A stretch of 64,000 bases of DNA from Monocercomonoides exilis PA203 (Eukaryota > Protista > Preaxostyla): NCBI GenBank assembly GCA_001643675.2, contig LSRY02000042.1:496001-560000 (forward strand), read 5' to 3'. Numbering within the stretch: the first letter of the stretch is position 1; each line of letters begins with the position of its first letter. The notes beneath the pieces are model-generated. The model ran no database searches. It was not told the origin of the DNA and was given only the letters and a program-made list of their open reading frames with translations. The translations under genes were made by a program, and so were the position numbers. Of the stretch, positions 27,974 to 41,059 are shown piece after piece.

Positions 27974-28329
27974 TGGAAATAGATTCTTCGAAACATGCAC
28001 GTTCAAACGGAAGTTCTTTGTCTCCTTTCCTTTCTGCAAAAGCTTCTGCTTCCTCTCCCTCTTCTCATTCTTCTTCTTCCTCCTCCCCTTCCTCTTCCTC
28101 CTTATCATCTTCTCCCTCTTCTTCTTCTTCCTCTTCTTCTTCTTCTCCCTCTTCTTCTTCCTCTTCTTCCTCTTCCTCCTTCTATACTCTCCCTCCTCTC
28201 TTATTCCCTGTCTTGTGGTCTCTCGAAGAAGAAGGCTTTTTGGATGCGCTGTTTGCACACTGTCACCACTGCGACTTGAGAATAACGTCTTCTTCAGCCA
28301 CGCTGCTGGCAATGATTGGAAGGCATTGA
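21871..28329 (+). CDS. Large multi-exon protein: helical (ARM-like) segments separated by very long Ser-, Asn- and Glu-rich insertions
   Basis: Exons ~21871-21943, 22036-22089, 22167-22670 and 23018-28329 can be joined through GT-AG introns in frame; hydrophobic helical blocks are interspersed among poly-Ser tracts; ends LWSLEEEGFLDALFAH. Confidence 0.65.
22917..22963. repeat. poly(T) tract in intron
   Basis: About 47 T, preceded by (TCT)n and (TC)n. Confidence 0.9.
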
Positions 28330-28519
28330 AGGAGAAAGGAAGAGAAGGAGAAGAAGGGGAAAGAAAGAAGAAGAAGAAGATTATGAAGAAGAAGGGAAAG
28401 GGGGGAAAGGGGAAAGTGGAAAGGAGAAAGGTATATTTGTTAATTTATAAATGAAGAGGAAGAGAGAGTAAAGGAGAGAGTCATAAAGAGAGAGATTAAT
28501 AGAGGAAGAGAGGAAGAGA

Positions 28520-28654
<135 letters not shown>

Positions 28655-29115
28655 AATGGAGAACTGTAAATCGAATTGTGAAACTTATATATGATTTAGA
28701 TTGTTTATTGGATTTGATTGAGTTATTTTATTAATGTAATAAAAAATTGTTTGTTATTTTTTTCTTCAACTTTAAATTCTTTTGTGTAAGGACAATTCTT
28801 AAAATAATATAAATAATAATTCAAAGCAAAATAAAAAGTTATTTCTAAAATCAATTTTTGAATTGGTGCAAAATATATGTGATGAAGGAAATAATAATTA
28901 ATTGATTTTTTCCCTTATCGAGAAATATTCCAAAGTTCGAATAAAGGCACAAAGATCAAAATTTAATTCAACAAAAAGATGATGAGTTTTATCAAATATT
29001 TCAAGTGTCACTTATTTGAAGGCTTGCTAATTTTTTGCGTAAATGCAGCTTTGAGAAGAGAAACTTCGAGTGGAAGCGTTTAATTTTTTGAAGGAATGGA
29101 TTCTTTTGACAGTTG

Positions 29116-29570
29116 TCACAGTGAAAACCGGATATAATCACATCTGTTTTTGTACAACTTTTTGTGACTATATCCGATTGTGATTATACACGATGATGCT
29201 TTACACAGAAGTAATTAATAATGAATTATAGAAACAATTAGGTTTGGGTCGATTTATTTATTTTTGGAAATTCTTCACAAATTCACATTTTTCACTTGTT
29301 TGAACAATTTTGATCATAAATACATATAATTTTTTACATATATGAGCACATTATTGAAAAAGAGAAAAATTGAAAATTTTGATCAAAAAATCGATTTTTC
29401 ATTGAAAAAATCAAAAATTATAAAAAAAATGAGAATATATATTTACAGCCCTGTGATTATATGGGATGGAAATTGAATGAAAAAAAGGAAAAAATGTTAT
29501 TGCACAGAAAAATGTGACTATTGACGAATGCGATTATATTCGATGTGATCATTTCCGGTTTTGACTGTGA
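29116..29570. mobile_element. MITE-like element or transposon end with 29-bp imperfect TIRs (pogo/Tc1-type CAGT near the termini)
   Basis: 29116-29144 tcacagtgaaaaccggatataatcacatc vs reverse complement of 29542-29570 tcacagtcaaaaccggaaatgatcacatc (26/29 identical); repeated TGTGA(T/C)TAT...CG motifs internally. Confidence 0.6.
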
Positions 29571-29579
29571 AGTCAATCA

Positions 29580-30700
29580 ACTCTCTCTTGATTATTTTTC
29601 TGGAATTTTCTTGTTTTCTTTCATCTCCAGAATAATCATCAAAAAACACAATTTTTCGTGGAATTCTCCTTTTCTTTGGTTTTTCATCCTCAAACAAATT
29701 AATAGCCATTGTTTTTTCATTATCATCATTCATTATCTTCTCTTCTTTCATTTTCATTTGATTTCTTCAATTATCCAAAAAATCTTTGTCGGTTGTAATT
29801 TTTCCATGAAAAACAAATCTGTAGTTCTTTTTCTCAAGTGTGACAGAAGGTTCATCTGGCAACGTGGAAAGAACAGCATGCCATTGATTTGATATCACTC
29901 CACTTTTGACAAAGGAAGAAACAATTGTTTCATGCAATAATGCTGTTTGAAAAGCCTGAGGAAGGGCATCAGCTATTGCTTTTCTTCGAAGAGAGACAGA
30001 TGAAAAAGAAGGAATTTCATATTTTGTGTTAATTCTTTTTTTGAAGATGGAAAATATTCCTCGGTTGAGAGGCTGAGTGAGGTGTGTACTGTGAGGGATG
30101 AAAGTCACAACGTAGATAGAGGAATCAGCTTATTTTTACCAAATTTCGAGCTGAAACCTTGATGGATGAGAGTCAAGCAGAAGGATGTATCTTTCTTCAT
30201 CAAAGATAGAAAGAGTTCGTATTTTCACGATTCCTGGAAGGAGAACATCTTCTTCATATCTTCTTAATATTGCGTTGGTCATCCAGCCATCGTTGTCATC
30301 CCAAATATTTATTGAAGAGCTGAGCATCACACGCAGTTCGGCTGGTATTTTCTTTAAAGGCCACAAAACGATGCTTGGCAAAGAATATCCATCAGTTGCA
30401 ACTACAATATACAATGTGGCATCTGGCATGTTCACTGGTGTTTTGTTGAATCCGGCTGGTGAATCGGAAGGATGCACAACAAGTTTTTTGGTTGTATCTG
30501 AGAGAAGATGATAAAATTAGCAGGTATTGAATATCAATGAAGAAGAATAATTTTTGGCATTGTGAAGATGTCGAAGAAGTTCACAAAAAAAGCATGAAAA
30601 CATGCACATTTCGAATAGCTAATTGTTGAATATCAACTTTTTGTGGAAGAGATTCTTTTTGGTGTGGATTCATTTTTATTAATGATGAGTGCGATGATTT
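29580..30700 (-). mobile_element. pogo/Fot1-like DDE_1 transposase pseudogene
   Basis: ATDG..LP...NDGWMT...ILLLDSHPSR...*K*...FIPHSTHLTQPLNRGIFSIFKK corresponds to the DDE_1 motifs (NGWM, LLLD.H.SH, LPPH.SH.LQPLD.GVF..FK); two in-frame TAA at 30130-30138 and QPLD changed to QPLN. Confidence 0.85.
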
Positions 30701-31074
30701 CGATTTGTGTGATTATTTTTGAAAGCATAAATTTTCATTCAAAAATTTCGGTCAAAAAAATAAATCTTGATCATCAATAAAAAAAAAATAATTGAAAAGT
30801 TAAAAGGCTTATTGAATACATTTTTATAATTGATTCTTTATAACTTTTTGTTTTTATAAACAATTATCATGCTTTTTCTCTTTTGAATTTTAAATTTTCT
30901 TACAAAAAACTAACAATCTTTGAAAAATCAATTCCCCGAAAAAAGATATGATTTCAAAAATAATTACCCATATATAAACTTTTTCTCTTTCTTCTTTAAA
31001 TAGATTTTTTTGTCTTAAAGAAACGACAGATTTCATTTGGAATAAGATAACAATTAATAAATGTTTGTTAATTC

Positions 31075-31350
31075 GGTAGAAAATTCAGACTTTCTTGTAT
31101 TTTTTTTTCCATCAAGGCTTTGAAAAAATGCTTCACTAATAAATGCATTTCGCTTTCTCAGATTTCAAAAACAAGTTTGATTTTCATATCTGTGAACAGG
31201 CATCATTGAAATCAAAACATCAAGTTTTCCTTCATTTCAAGAATGATAAAAAAAAAATGGAACCATTTTTATTGTGTTTTTTGATCTCAAAAAAATCAAT
31301 GAAAAGTGCATAATTTGTTAATGAAAATACCTGAAGTTAAATATAAGGTC
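31075..31350. repeat. Dispersed intergenic repeat, paralogous to ~47980-48247 + 50669-50700
   Basis: Shared blocks cagatttcaaaa..., catcattga, aaaaa(a/g)tcaatgaaaagtgcataattt, tgaaaat(a/g)cctgaagt(t/g)aaata. Confidence 0.7.
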
Positions 31351-31983
31351 CAGTGTGACAAAATGATAATGAATTATGTTTTCTGAATTTTCGAATATAT
31401 TTGTTCTTCATTTTCGATGCATTTAACATTAAGCGCCAAACACAAAAGGAAACTTGTTCAGATTAATGAACGACCGAAGGTTTCAGATTGCATCTTCAAT
31501 AAAAAAATGTTCATTGAAGCGATACGTGAGAGAAAATGAAAACTTGTTTTTCTGGGTTAAATTGTAAGTTTTTGAGTCGCTTAAAGTGATTAAAGTCTTT
31601 TTTTCTTGTTTTGGTGAAAATCTTGGAAACTGTCAAAAATGTAGCACATCAAGCTATTTTTTTTTCCGAAACATGTTTTTTTCATTTATATTTTATATTC
31701 TTAGTATTTTTCTTTTCTTTTTCTTTTTCTTTTTATTACTTTTTTTGCAGAGAACGATATTTCGTTCATTTTTTGATTTTTCCCCTTTTTATCTCTATTC
31801 CCTTGCTCGCCAAAACAATCCAAAACGCAAACGTTCATAATAATATGCAAATATATTAATGGAGATAAATCATGTTATGGCAACGGAATGCCATACACAA
31901 AGCAATTGTGGGTTTCATTTTGATCAAAACAGTCATTTTTTCAAAAAGGCGCACAAGTTCTCTCTTCGAAAGCAGATAAAGAA

Positions 31984-34900
31984 ATGAAAGACGATATCAA
32001 ATCGAGGAGTTCAATTTCAAACGGATTATCAATTGGCTATTCCCAATCTGAAGGACTGAACAAATTCGAAACAATTCTGTTCTCCATTTTTTCGCCACTT
32101 TACAATCAGCCAAAACACACAAGCAGGAAATGGGAAATATTCGTTTGGGCAGTGACAATGCTCCAGATGATGACGATCAGCCTTTTTCGAATTGACATTC
32201 CTGCACAATCAGTGAACCATTTTTCTTATGTATGAATTTTTTTAACAAATAATTAGTAAAAAAATTTTTTTTCGAAAAATATTTATTATACTATTTTTTC
32301 TTTTGCTCTTTCGGATGGTTTATTTTTTTGAATTTTTGAATGAAAATGTTTCAGTATTTGTGCTTTCTGGACGGGACGTCGATTGGGTTAGTAGCAGGAA
32401 AAATGAATTCGTATGTGATTATGGGATGTGCAGGATATCTGATCTTGCTTGATGTGTATCTGCTGGCTGTGGCTGCTTTTCAGGGCGTTATTGCTGGGAC
32501 GCAGCCGTGGGTAATATCGTTTTTGCGATGGATAACACATTTGACATTTACCATTTTATTTATTCCGTTTATTTCTTTGTGTATCACTGGTTTTGATTGT
32601 TATCACTCGGGAAAGCAAATGCTTCACCGAGGATATGAGGGTGTTTGTCTGGGTGATTTGCTTTCGATTTTGGGGTTTTGTTTTGGAATAGTTACAGTTT
32701 TTTATTTGTTGTTGATGTGTTTCATGGTGAACAATATGATTTTCAATAACAATCAGAAATATGGAGGATTGATGTCGTCGTCGAGTGGGCTATGGAAGGG
32801 AGTGGATTCGTGTATTGCTTTTGGGTGTGTGTTTGCGATGAGGATGCTGTATGGGTGGCCGTTCTGGAGAGGAGCTGTGACGATTGGCTCTTCTCTGGCG
32901 ATGGCCGTGTATTTTGTGTGTGTCCAGCCGATATACAAGCTGGAGGGGAATCTACTCATGGGCGCGAAATGGTGCATGTTTGGGTGCTTGAGGCTGTTTA
33001 GTGAAGTAGGATATGCAGTCGAAGGGGCAACACATAACTGGATTATCACAGTTGTGTTTCAAGCTGTTGGGTTGATTGGTGGAATTGTTGTGTGCGCAGT
33101 GGTGCTTCCGAAGATAGGCCGAAAAACGAGAGAGAAAAAGTATCTTTTGTTGGCTTTTGGGAGTCAGGTTTCTGAGATTAGCAGCGATAATCCGTCTTTG
33201 CCTTTGACTTTGCCTTCGCTGAAAAGGCCCGAAAGAATCGAGCCGTCGCTGCGATTTGTGCAAAAGGAGGAGTATCAGACGATGGAGCATCTGACGTTTG
33301 CAGATTATGTGTACACACAGGGGCTGAAGACGAACAAGAGCAGCAGCATGCTGTGCTTCCAGTATGCGTCGTTTCTGTCGGCATATCGAAAAAACCACAT
33401 GAAAGCGAGCATGCTCATTCGGAAGGCGCGGACGCTGTCTCCGAGTCTGTTTCTGAGCTTTGTGCTGTTCTGCAAGGCGAAGGAGAACGGCGGGAGAGCG
33501 GGTGGAGAAAACAGCCAGAACGGAGCCAGCGACCTGAATTCGTTTGCCTTCACTTCTCTTTTGGCAAAAGCGGAGAAGCACCATGAGATGGCTGTGAGTG
33601 CGATGAAGGACTTTTTCGAGAACGTGACAGCAATCCAGCCAGACTACAAGTCGATTCCAGTTCATCTGAATTTGATTGTGAAGAATGAAGACATTGCCAG
33701 AAAGAGCTATGAGGAGCTGATATCATCTCACGGACAGAACACGGCGGTGCTGCGGAGCTATGCGCGCCTGCTGCTGGACATCTACAACGACGAGGACGAG
33801 GCAGAGATGATTTTGAACAGAGCGGATCGGATTGAGGAGGAGTCGACTTCCGTCAGCGAGACGACAATGACACAGACACATACAGCAGCCACAACATCGA
33901 CTGACACGCTTCCAGATTTCCCGCTGGGTGCAGTTGATACAGAATACATGGGCAGCAAGAAAAGCGAGAGAAGCAAGAAAACAGGAGCTGAAGGAGAGGC
34001 CAATGCTGAATGTGAATCTCATTCTGTTCGTGTTGCGATGTACAGGAGATTTGAGGTGCAGACAGGGAGAGGAGACGAAAGCACAAGCACACAAAGAGGG
34101 TTGGAAGGCAAATTGGGAGCAAACCAATCGTTGTCCGAAATGGCGAATTTGGAGAGAAGTGAGGCGCAACTGCAGAAAGCGCTAAATGATACAGAAAAGA
34201 ACAAAAGAGAGAGCGAAAGGAAGAAGAAGAAGAAGAAGAAGAAGAAAAAGAAGAAGAAGAAGAGGAAAGACATGATGATTATTGATCTGATGATGGGAGG
34301 GCGCAACAAGAGCATGAGTGGAGGCACCAGGCTGGGAATAATGAAGTGTGCGGTGGTTTCTCTGCATCTGGTGGGGATAGCAGCGCTGGCAGCGGGACTG
34401 GTTGTGTATGTGGTGATGTCGAATACGTATCAGAACAACCTGGACACGCTGCGGAATGTGTGCGACTTGTCGTACCACACAGCGCGCTCTGCGGCGATCG
34501 CGTATAACTTCTTTGTGTACGATGTGCGGTTCAAGTTTGAGAACCAGGAAGCTGTGGACGAGTGGACGCCGACGATGGTGCGCAAGACGCAGCTGCTGGA
34601 GATGCTGCGGGAGACATCGGAGAGCCTGGCATCGATGCTGGGGAGGGTGCATGAGACGACATCAAACACGGAGCCGTGGGAGACAGCAGACGTGGACACG
34701 TATGTGTTCATATTCACCACGAAGAACGAGACGCAGGCAGACGGCAGCACAGAGGAGGTGGTGGACACGAAAAAGCAGATCCTCCACCCGACGTCGATGA
34801 TCGACATCCTGTCTACGCTGTCGCAGATGATCCACCACCTCTCGATTTCAGACATGGAAGCACGCCCGGAGGATCCAGACTATCTGCCGAGCATGCAGTA

Positions 34901-37829
34901 TTTGGTGTTCAACTGCCCTGTGCCGATCTTGGACGGGGCGAAACGGGTGATCATGTCGTATTTCGAGCTGATGAACACAGACTGCGACAAGATCGTTGCA
35001 GTGTTTGTGCTGATCATCGTGCTGTTCCTGGGTCCTCTGACAGCTGGGCAGCTGGTGCTGTTTGTGAAGGTGACGAGGATAGCAGTGGAGAACAGGGAAA
35101 GAGCGCTGCATGCAATGCTGGATGTGCCGAAGAGCAAGATGCAGAGTGTGATCCGGCGGCTGCTGAGGGCCGACGATGTTGATTCGGAGGATTGTTTTTC
35201 TGTGACAGCGTTGCTTCGGGAGAACGAGGACTCGAAACGTTCAGAAAGCTGTGGGAGCAACCGAGACGAGCAGTGGGAGGAGGCTGGGTCGCTGCTTATG
35301 GAGGAAGGGAAGGACGAGAGCATGCAGTGTTCGCATCGAAAGAGAAGCAAGCAGAGTTCTGTTCAGCCGTTCCATCTGGCTGAGGAGAAGCTCACAGACA
35401 GGAGCAGCAGTTGGAACAACATCAACAGCAACAGTACAAGTTCATTGCCTGGAGTGCAGATGATGAATACATCACAGCAGCAGAAGAAGTATCTGCCAGC
35501 TCTGAGCTTATCTGAAGGAGAACTTGGAGTGACTGGATCGTCACCTTCAATGCTTCCTGGGGCAGAGCCACTGTGCGAGTCCAACAACGACACCTCGCTT
35601 TCGTATTCTTCTTCGAAATCGCTTTTTGGAGAGCAGACTTCGACAGCACTGACTTTTGGTGCATCGCATTTTATGTCTCCGAGAATGGGCGAAGAGAGCG
35701 CGAAAGGCACACAGAAATATGAGCCTCATTTTGAATCTCCAAAATCACTCAGATCGATTCCATCAGATGTCATGTCTTCTTTGAGCAAGTCGAAAAGTGT
35801 GTGTGGTGGGGCAACAGGCGAACTTCCTTCATGTCTGTCGAGAAACGATGCTCTGCTTGTGGAGCATCAGAATTTCAAGACAAGCGTCAATGGAAATGTT
35901 GGCCAGGAGATGGGATTTGAGAAGGATTTCAAAGAAATTGGCGGAACAGATGTGTCGAAGCCAACAAACATTGGAAGTGTATTGAAGCCTCAGCCGGTGC
36001 CTTTGTTTGATGGAAGTGGATATTCACTGCTTCCGATGAGCAAACATCAGATGAACACAAACAGCCAGGGGGTTGATCTGACCAGAGATGCACAGTCGAT
36101 TCAGTTTTTTCCTGCTCTTTCGACTGGAAGCAGATATTCAAATGGCTATGGCATTGGAAGCACCAATGTTGATGGAAATGGAAGTCAGTTTCATTCCGCT
36201 GCGTCTGCAAACGGGTTGTTCTCCACTCAATCTTCGAGCATGGAATATGAAAACAGCCCTGCTTTCAGCACGATGAAGCTGTTGTCTCCTGCAGCATCGC
36301 CTGTTCTGTTCCGTCAGAGCCAATTATCTTCGAATGAGCAAAGTGGGCTGCTTCCAGAAACAGTGCCTTTGGCTCCAGTTCAGCCAAAAGGAATGTCAGA
36401 AGCCAAATGCAGCTTGGATGAGGAAGACACTGAAGAAGCAGAGAAGAGCAGGCAGATGGGACTGATAAGAAATGCCGTTGAGGATGCAGCTTGGGAAGAA
36501 GGAATGGAAAAGGAGATGGAAAAACTGGAAGCAGCATACAAGCAGCTGCCGAGTCCTGTCACGCCAACAATTCTTGTCACCACAATTCTTTCAGCAGTGC
36601 TTGGTGTTGTGACGATTGGAACAACGATTGCTTTGGTGTGCATTTTTGTGAATAGTTTCAAACCTACCTCTGCGAACATCATCCTGTCTGGGATGCGTGC
36701 ATCGATATTGTTCCAGATCCAGTATCTGCTGCTGACTGTGCTTCAGCCGCTGGCTCTGCTGAAGACAGACCAGTCCGTCACGTTTGCCACATCGCACAAT
36801 CCCATTTTGAACAGCTCTTCGCACTGCTCAGGCTCACCGGCTGTGTCCCGCGACTTGCTTGTTCCGATGTCGCGCTATTTCGAAGCGGTGCATCTGGGCT
36901 GCCATTTTGGCGATTCGAAGTATTCGCACTCGGGAGACTACACTTACGACTCGGTGTCTGTGAAGCGCATGGACAGCGCCATCAACCGTGATATGCTTCT
37001 GAAGGAGGCAAAGTGCTATCTTGCTGACTCTGACGACTGCTCGGAGGCTGACCCCTTTCGGATGTACGGGGTGAAAGGAACGATATACGGGCTGACGACG
37101 CTGCTGGCGCGGCTGAGAGTGAATCTGGAGAGGATCTCGAAGATGGATGTTGAGGAGGTGAATGTGATGAATGCTGAGGCGCGTTTTGCTCTGATGTCGC
37201 TGAGGAACGACATCGTGGCTGGGATGAACAAGATGACGAACATGATTCTGGCTACAGGGAAGGAGGAGGTGCAGGAGTCGATAACGATCCTGACGGTTGC
37301 TGTGGTGTGCTTCTGTGTGCTGTATTTTGTGTCGATGTTTGTGAACGGGATGAGGTGGATCGGAGAGATTGGGTTTGTGGAGAATGTGTCGAGCAAGCTG
37401 TTTGAGCTGCTTCCGACTAGAGAAGGCGAGAAGGAGGTTGAGTTTCTGCAATCGATGGCGACAGGGCAGGGCTCGTTTGACAGAGGAAGAGAGGCTGTTC
37501 TGGATGCGGTGCAGCAGCTGCTGGTGTGTGTGAAGCAGAACGAGCATATTGATCTGGTGACTTCGGAGTTTTATCAGTTGACGTCGACTGTGGAGAAGGT
37601 GTTTGGGGAGGAGGAAAAGGAGATGGATGAGAGGAGCTATGTTGGGGCAGAGAAGCATCAGAAGGAGCACACGCTGATCAGACAGAGGCTGACACTGATT
37701 GGAGACCAGCTGCGCTCAAAGAACGAGGTGGCGAAAGCAGTCGGGAGGAGAAAGCTTGCATCGCTGTTTGACATCCACTTCAGTGACGAGGACATCACGT
37801 TTGCTGAGGCTGCATTTGGGCTGAATTAG
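31984..37829 (+). CDS. TmcB/TmcC (tiny macrocysts)-like polytopic membrane protein with C-terminal hemerythrin-like domain (2 exons; intron ~32230-32354)
   Basis: N-terminal multi-TM region, TmcB-type TPR segment (ARKSYEELISSHGQNTAVLRSYARLLLDIYND), two further TM-flanked loops, and C-terminal TG...D...VFGEEEKEM...Y...H.KEH...HFSDED. Confidence 0.75.
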
Positions 37830-39135
37830 AATCATTGCAGCATCAATAGCAATCTTCATAGAAATAATAAAATGAAAATGCTGATAGCAGCAGGTGGGAG
37901 GGGGTTAGAATATGTGATAGAATATGTAGCTTGTCTGTATGCATGAGGTATCTTTTATTTTCACTGAAGTTTATTACAAAAATGGTGATTGCAAAGTTGC
38001 ATTGGAGACTTAATGTGAAAACATTTAAAGAGCTTGCATTGTTTTCTATTTATTTCCTTTCAGTTATTTTATATCCATCATCATTATCTTCATTTTGTTG
38101 GGGTGTTTTATCGTCTTAATTTTGAATAAACCATTTCTTTTTTTTTCTTTCATTCTTTCTCTTTTCTAATCGGATGCATGTGCCTTTCTGACAGCGTAAG
38201 CACATATTTTTGTGAAGTTTTTATTTCTTTTTTATAAGTCATTTGGATGTTAATATGTTTGATGTTGACATTTATTAGTATGTTGTTTGCATGTAGTTGT
38301 GTCAAATTTTGATATTTCTCAACACCCAATCATTCTTGGTCTGTGTTTCTTTTCATTTCTTTGAAAAATGATACTCAGATTGTATATTTAGCTCATTTGC
38401 TTTCTGACTCCAGCTTTCAGCTATTTTTTCTTTCATATTTTTTTTAGAAATTATTTTTGCTGTTTGAAAAAAGTCAGTTTTTTATTTTCCATATTAATTT
38501 GATTTCAAAGTTTAACTGACGAAATGCATGCAACATCAATGTTGTTTTATTGTTTAATCATGTGATAAAAATTTTAAATTTTTTTTCAAAAAGTCCTCTG
38601 AAATTTGTTAATTGTTTTGTTTTGTTTTTATTTCCCTGTTGAAATGAATGTTCAACTTGAATGTTTTGATTTGGGGGTGAAAAATGAAAAATATCTCCAA
38701 ATCCTTTTTTTTCATTTTGATTGAATTTTATTTTCATTCTGTAAGTTTTCAGATTTGTTCATTTAAAATTAAGATTATTTTTAACACGCAATTGATGGCT
38801 GATCTACCAACAATAAAAAAAAACAAAATTGTTCAAGTGTGCATAAACTATTTTTGCAATTGCTTTGATTCACTCTTGACTTTGGAAGTTTGTGTGAGAT
38901 TGTGCAAACATAGAAATGAGAAATGAATCATTTATTCATTTTCACATTGAAAATCAAAAAATTGCAATTATTTCATTGTTTTATTTTTATCAAGATTAAA
39001 AAAAAAAGTCATTTGTTTATCAGCACCTTTTTTTTATGCATTTTGCATTTTGTATTTTGCATTTTGCGAAATGATGAAAAAAGAAAAAGACAAACAAAAA
39101 TAATAGGAAACAAAATTCAAATTCATTTCATTTCC

Positions 39136-40560
39136 TCAAACATTTACAAAATAGTCTGAAATGTTCAACGATAAATCATAACCAAATTCATCGTCAAGAT
39201 CACTCAATCTTTTATAAAAGCTTGCAGCGATATCTTCATATCCTTCCTCTTCCATCTTGTCGAACATCATTCTTTTCAACTTCATCCATTCTTCACAATC
39301 ATTCCCTTCCATTCCATTTTTTCCCAATATCTTCCTAAGTTTTGAAAAGAAATTCAAGAAATGATATGCCATGTAGTTTTTGAACGAAGAGTTCTTAATT
39401 TCTTCCAAAAAGAAATCAACTGCTCCTCCTTTCAGTAAATCATAAACAACAGTAAAAATTGATTGGTCATTCACCAAACCCTCAAAATAAATGCAACACC
39501 TTAAGACAATTTCTTTGTGTGCATCTCTTGCTTCTCTGCATATTCTGATTATGCAACCAAATAAACCAACAAACTCTTCATCATGAGACTTATAGCACAA
39601 AAGGAAACAGAAAATATCGTCCAGCCATCTTTCAATCATCATAATATCTTTCCTTTCTTCTTCTTCAATTTCCTCTTCTTTTCTCTTCCAATCAACACAT
39701 TCTCTCAGCACTTCCAGTTCTCTTGCTGCCTCTCTTGCAAAATGAAGTTCATTGACAATAATTCTTTCCAAAGCATTATCATATATCACCCGATACATCA
39801 AAAACTTCCAAGCAGACTGATATGCTGGACTAGTCAAATTGCGATGCTCCTGATGATATTTGATGATTTCTTTGATCTCATTCAGATACAGTTCTTTTGG
39901 CACTTTCTAACAAAAAAACAAGAAAAAAAGTTAAAAAATATCAAAATGGGAAAAATGTTCTCAAACCTGATATCCAGCATTGCCCAAGGCAAGAAGAACC
40001 ATTTCCACTTCTTTTTGAGCTTCCTCGTTTTCCTCTTTGCTCAAAGCTACTTTCAGAAGGCAAGAAACACATATTTTTACCGGTCATCACTGATAGCACA
40101 ACCTTTTTTGTGCAAGAATAAATAGCATTCGCTAAGATCAGCTAGCAGCTTTTCGTTCTCATTTTCTTTTTTCTTCTCTTCTTCAATTATCATCTCACAA
40201 AATCTTCCGCTCAATCCAGAAAAGCGAAAGCAATTTCTCCACACATCTTTCGATGCTTTGAAATAACCGACATAAAACAACAACAAAATTGCATTCTCCA
40301 TCGAAAGTTTCTTTTCTTCAATCATTTGATCGATTCTGTTGAACAGCTCAACCGTGAAAACGGATTTAAATTCTCCATCATTCATCCCATCAATAATTTC
40401 ATTCATATCATCAATTATTTTTTTCTGTTCAATTTCTGTGCAGCCTTCCAGCTCATTAAACAATTCTTCAATAAAAAACAAAGAAAGAAATCCAATCAAA
40501 AAGAATTCAATGAAACAGTGAATATAAACCATTGAACTTTTTTGTGTTGTCTATCTCCTG
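39136..40560 (-). pseudogene. Lineage-specific helical family copy 1, frameshifted
   Basis: EELFNELEGC...MENAILLL...EKLLADLSECYL, then a frameshift near 40085 to CVSCLLKVALSKEENEEAQKEVEMVLLAL, intron, VPKELYLNEIKEIIKYHQEHRNLT...KMEEEGYED...ISDYFVNV; no in-frame ATG found in the first exon. Confidence 0.75.
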
Positions 40561-41059
40561 AATTTTTGAAAATTTATTGCATTCAGAAAACAAAGCGATT
40601 TAAATCATTCATATTGAAAGAGCGTGTGTGTGGATAAAAGAAGTTTATGAAAAACAAAAAACTCAAAAAGACCAGAGATAAATATGAGTTTATACTGTTT
40701 TTTCTTTGGTTGACATTCTGGCAAAGGATTATGAAGATAAACAATGCTTTTTCTATTTCTCGTTTTTTGTAATGGATTCATTGATCATCAGATTTGAAAG
40801 AACAAAAATATTCCATTCACAGAATGAGAATGCCGTAAATGAACATTACCTGTGGAACTAGGAATATTATTTCCTGTGGAGATAACAAGAAATGGTGGAG
40901 ATGCAATATTTTTGGAATTCTATCTGATGATTATTGGAAATTGGAAGGCCAAGGGGAATACAACAATTTCATCAATAACACAAAAAGACTAAATGTATGC
41001 AATTTTTATTGTTCTGTTGATTGTGAAGATATTTCCATCTATATCCTCTCCAAAGTGCA

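Noticed and set aside
30130-30138. In-frame TAA/TAG in several ORFs, suggesting the TAR=Gln code known from some oxymonads
   Set aside because: Long Gln-rich ORFs use only CAA/CAG over thousands of codons, and TAG ends intact genes (37827-37829, 45249-45251). Internal TAR codons occur only in decayed sequences.
32753-37670. Numerous overlapping antisense and alternative-frame ORFs within the TmcB-like gene
   Set aside because: Expected by-products of GC-rich codon usage; no independent motifs.
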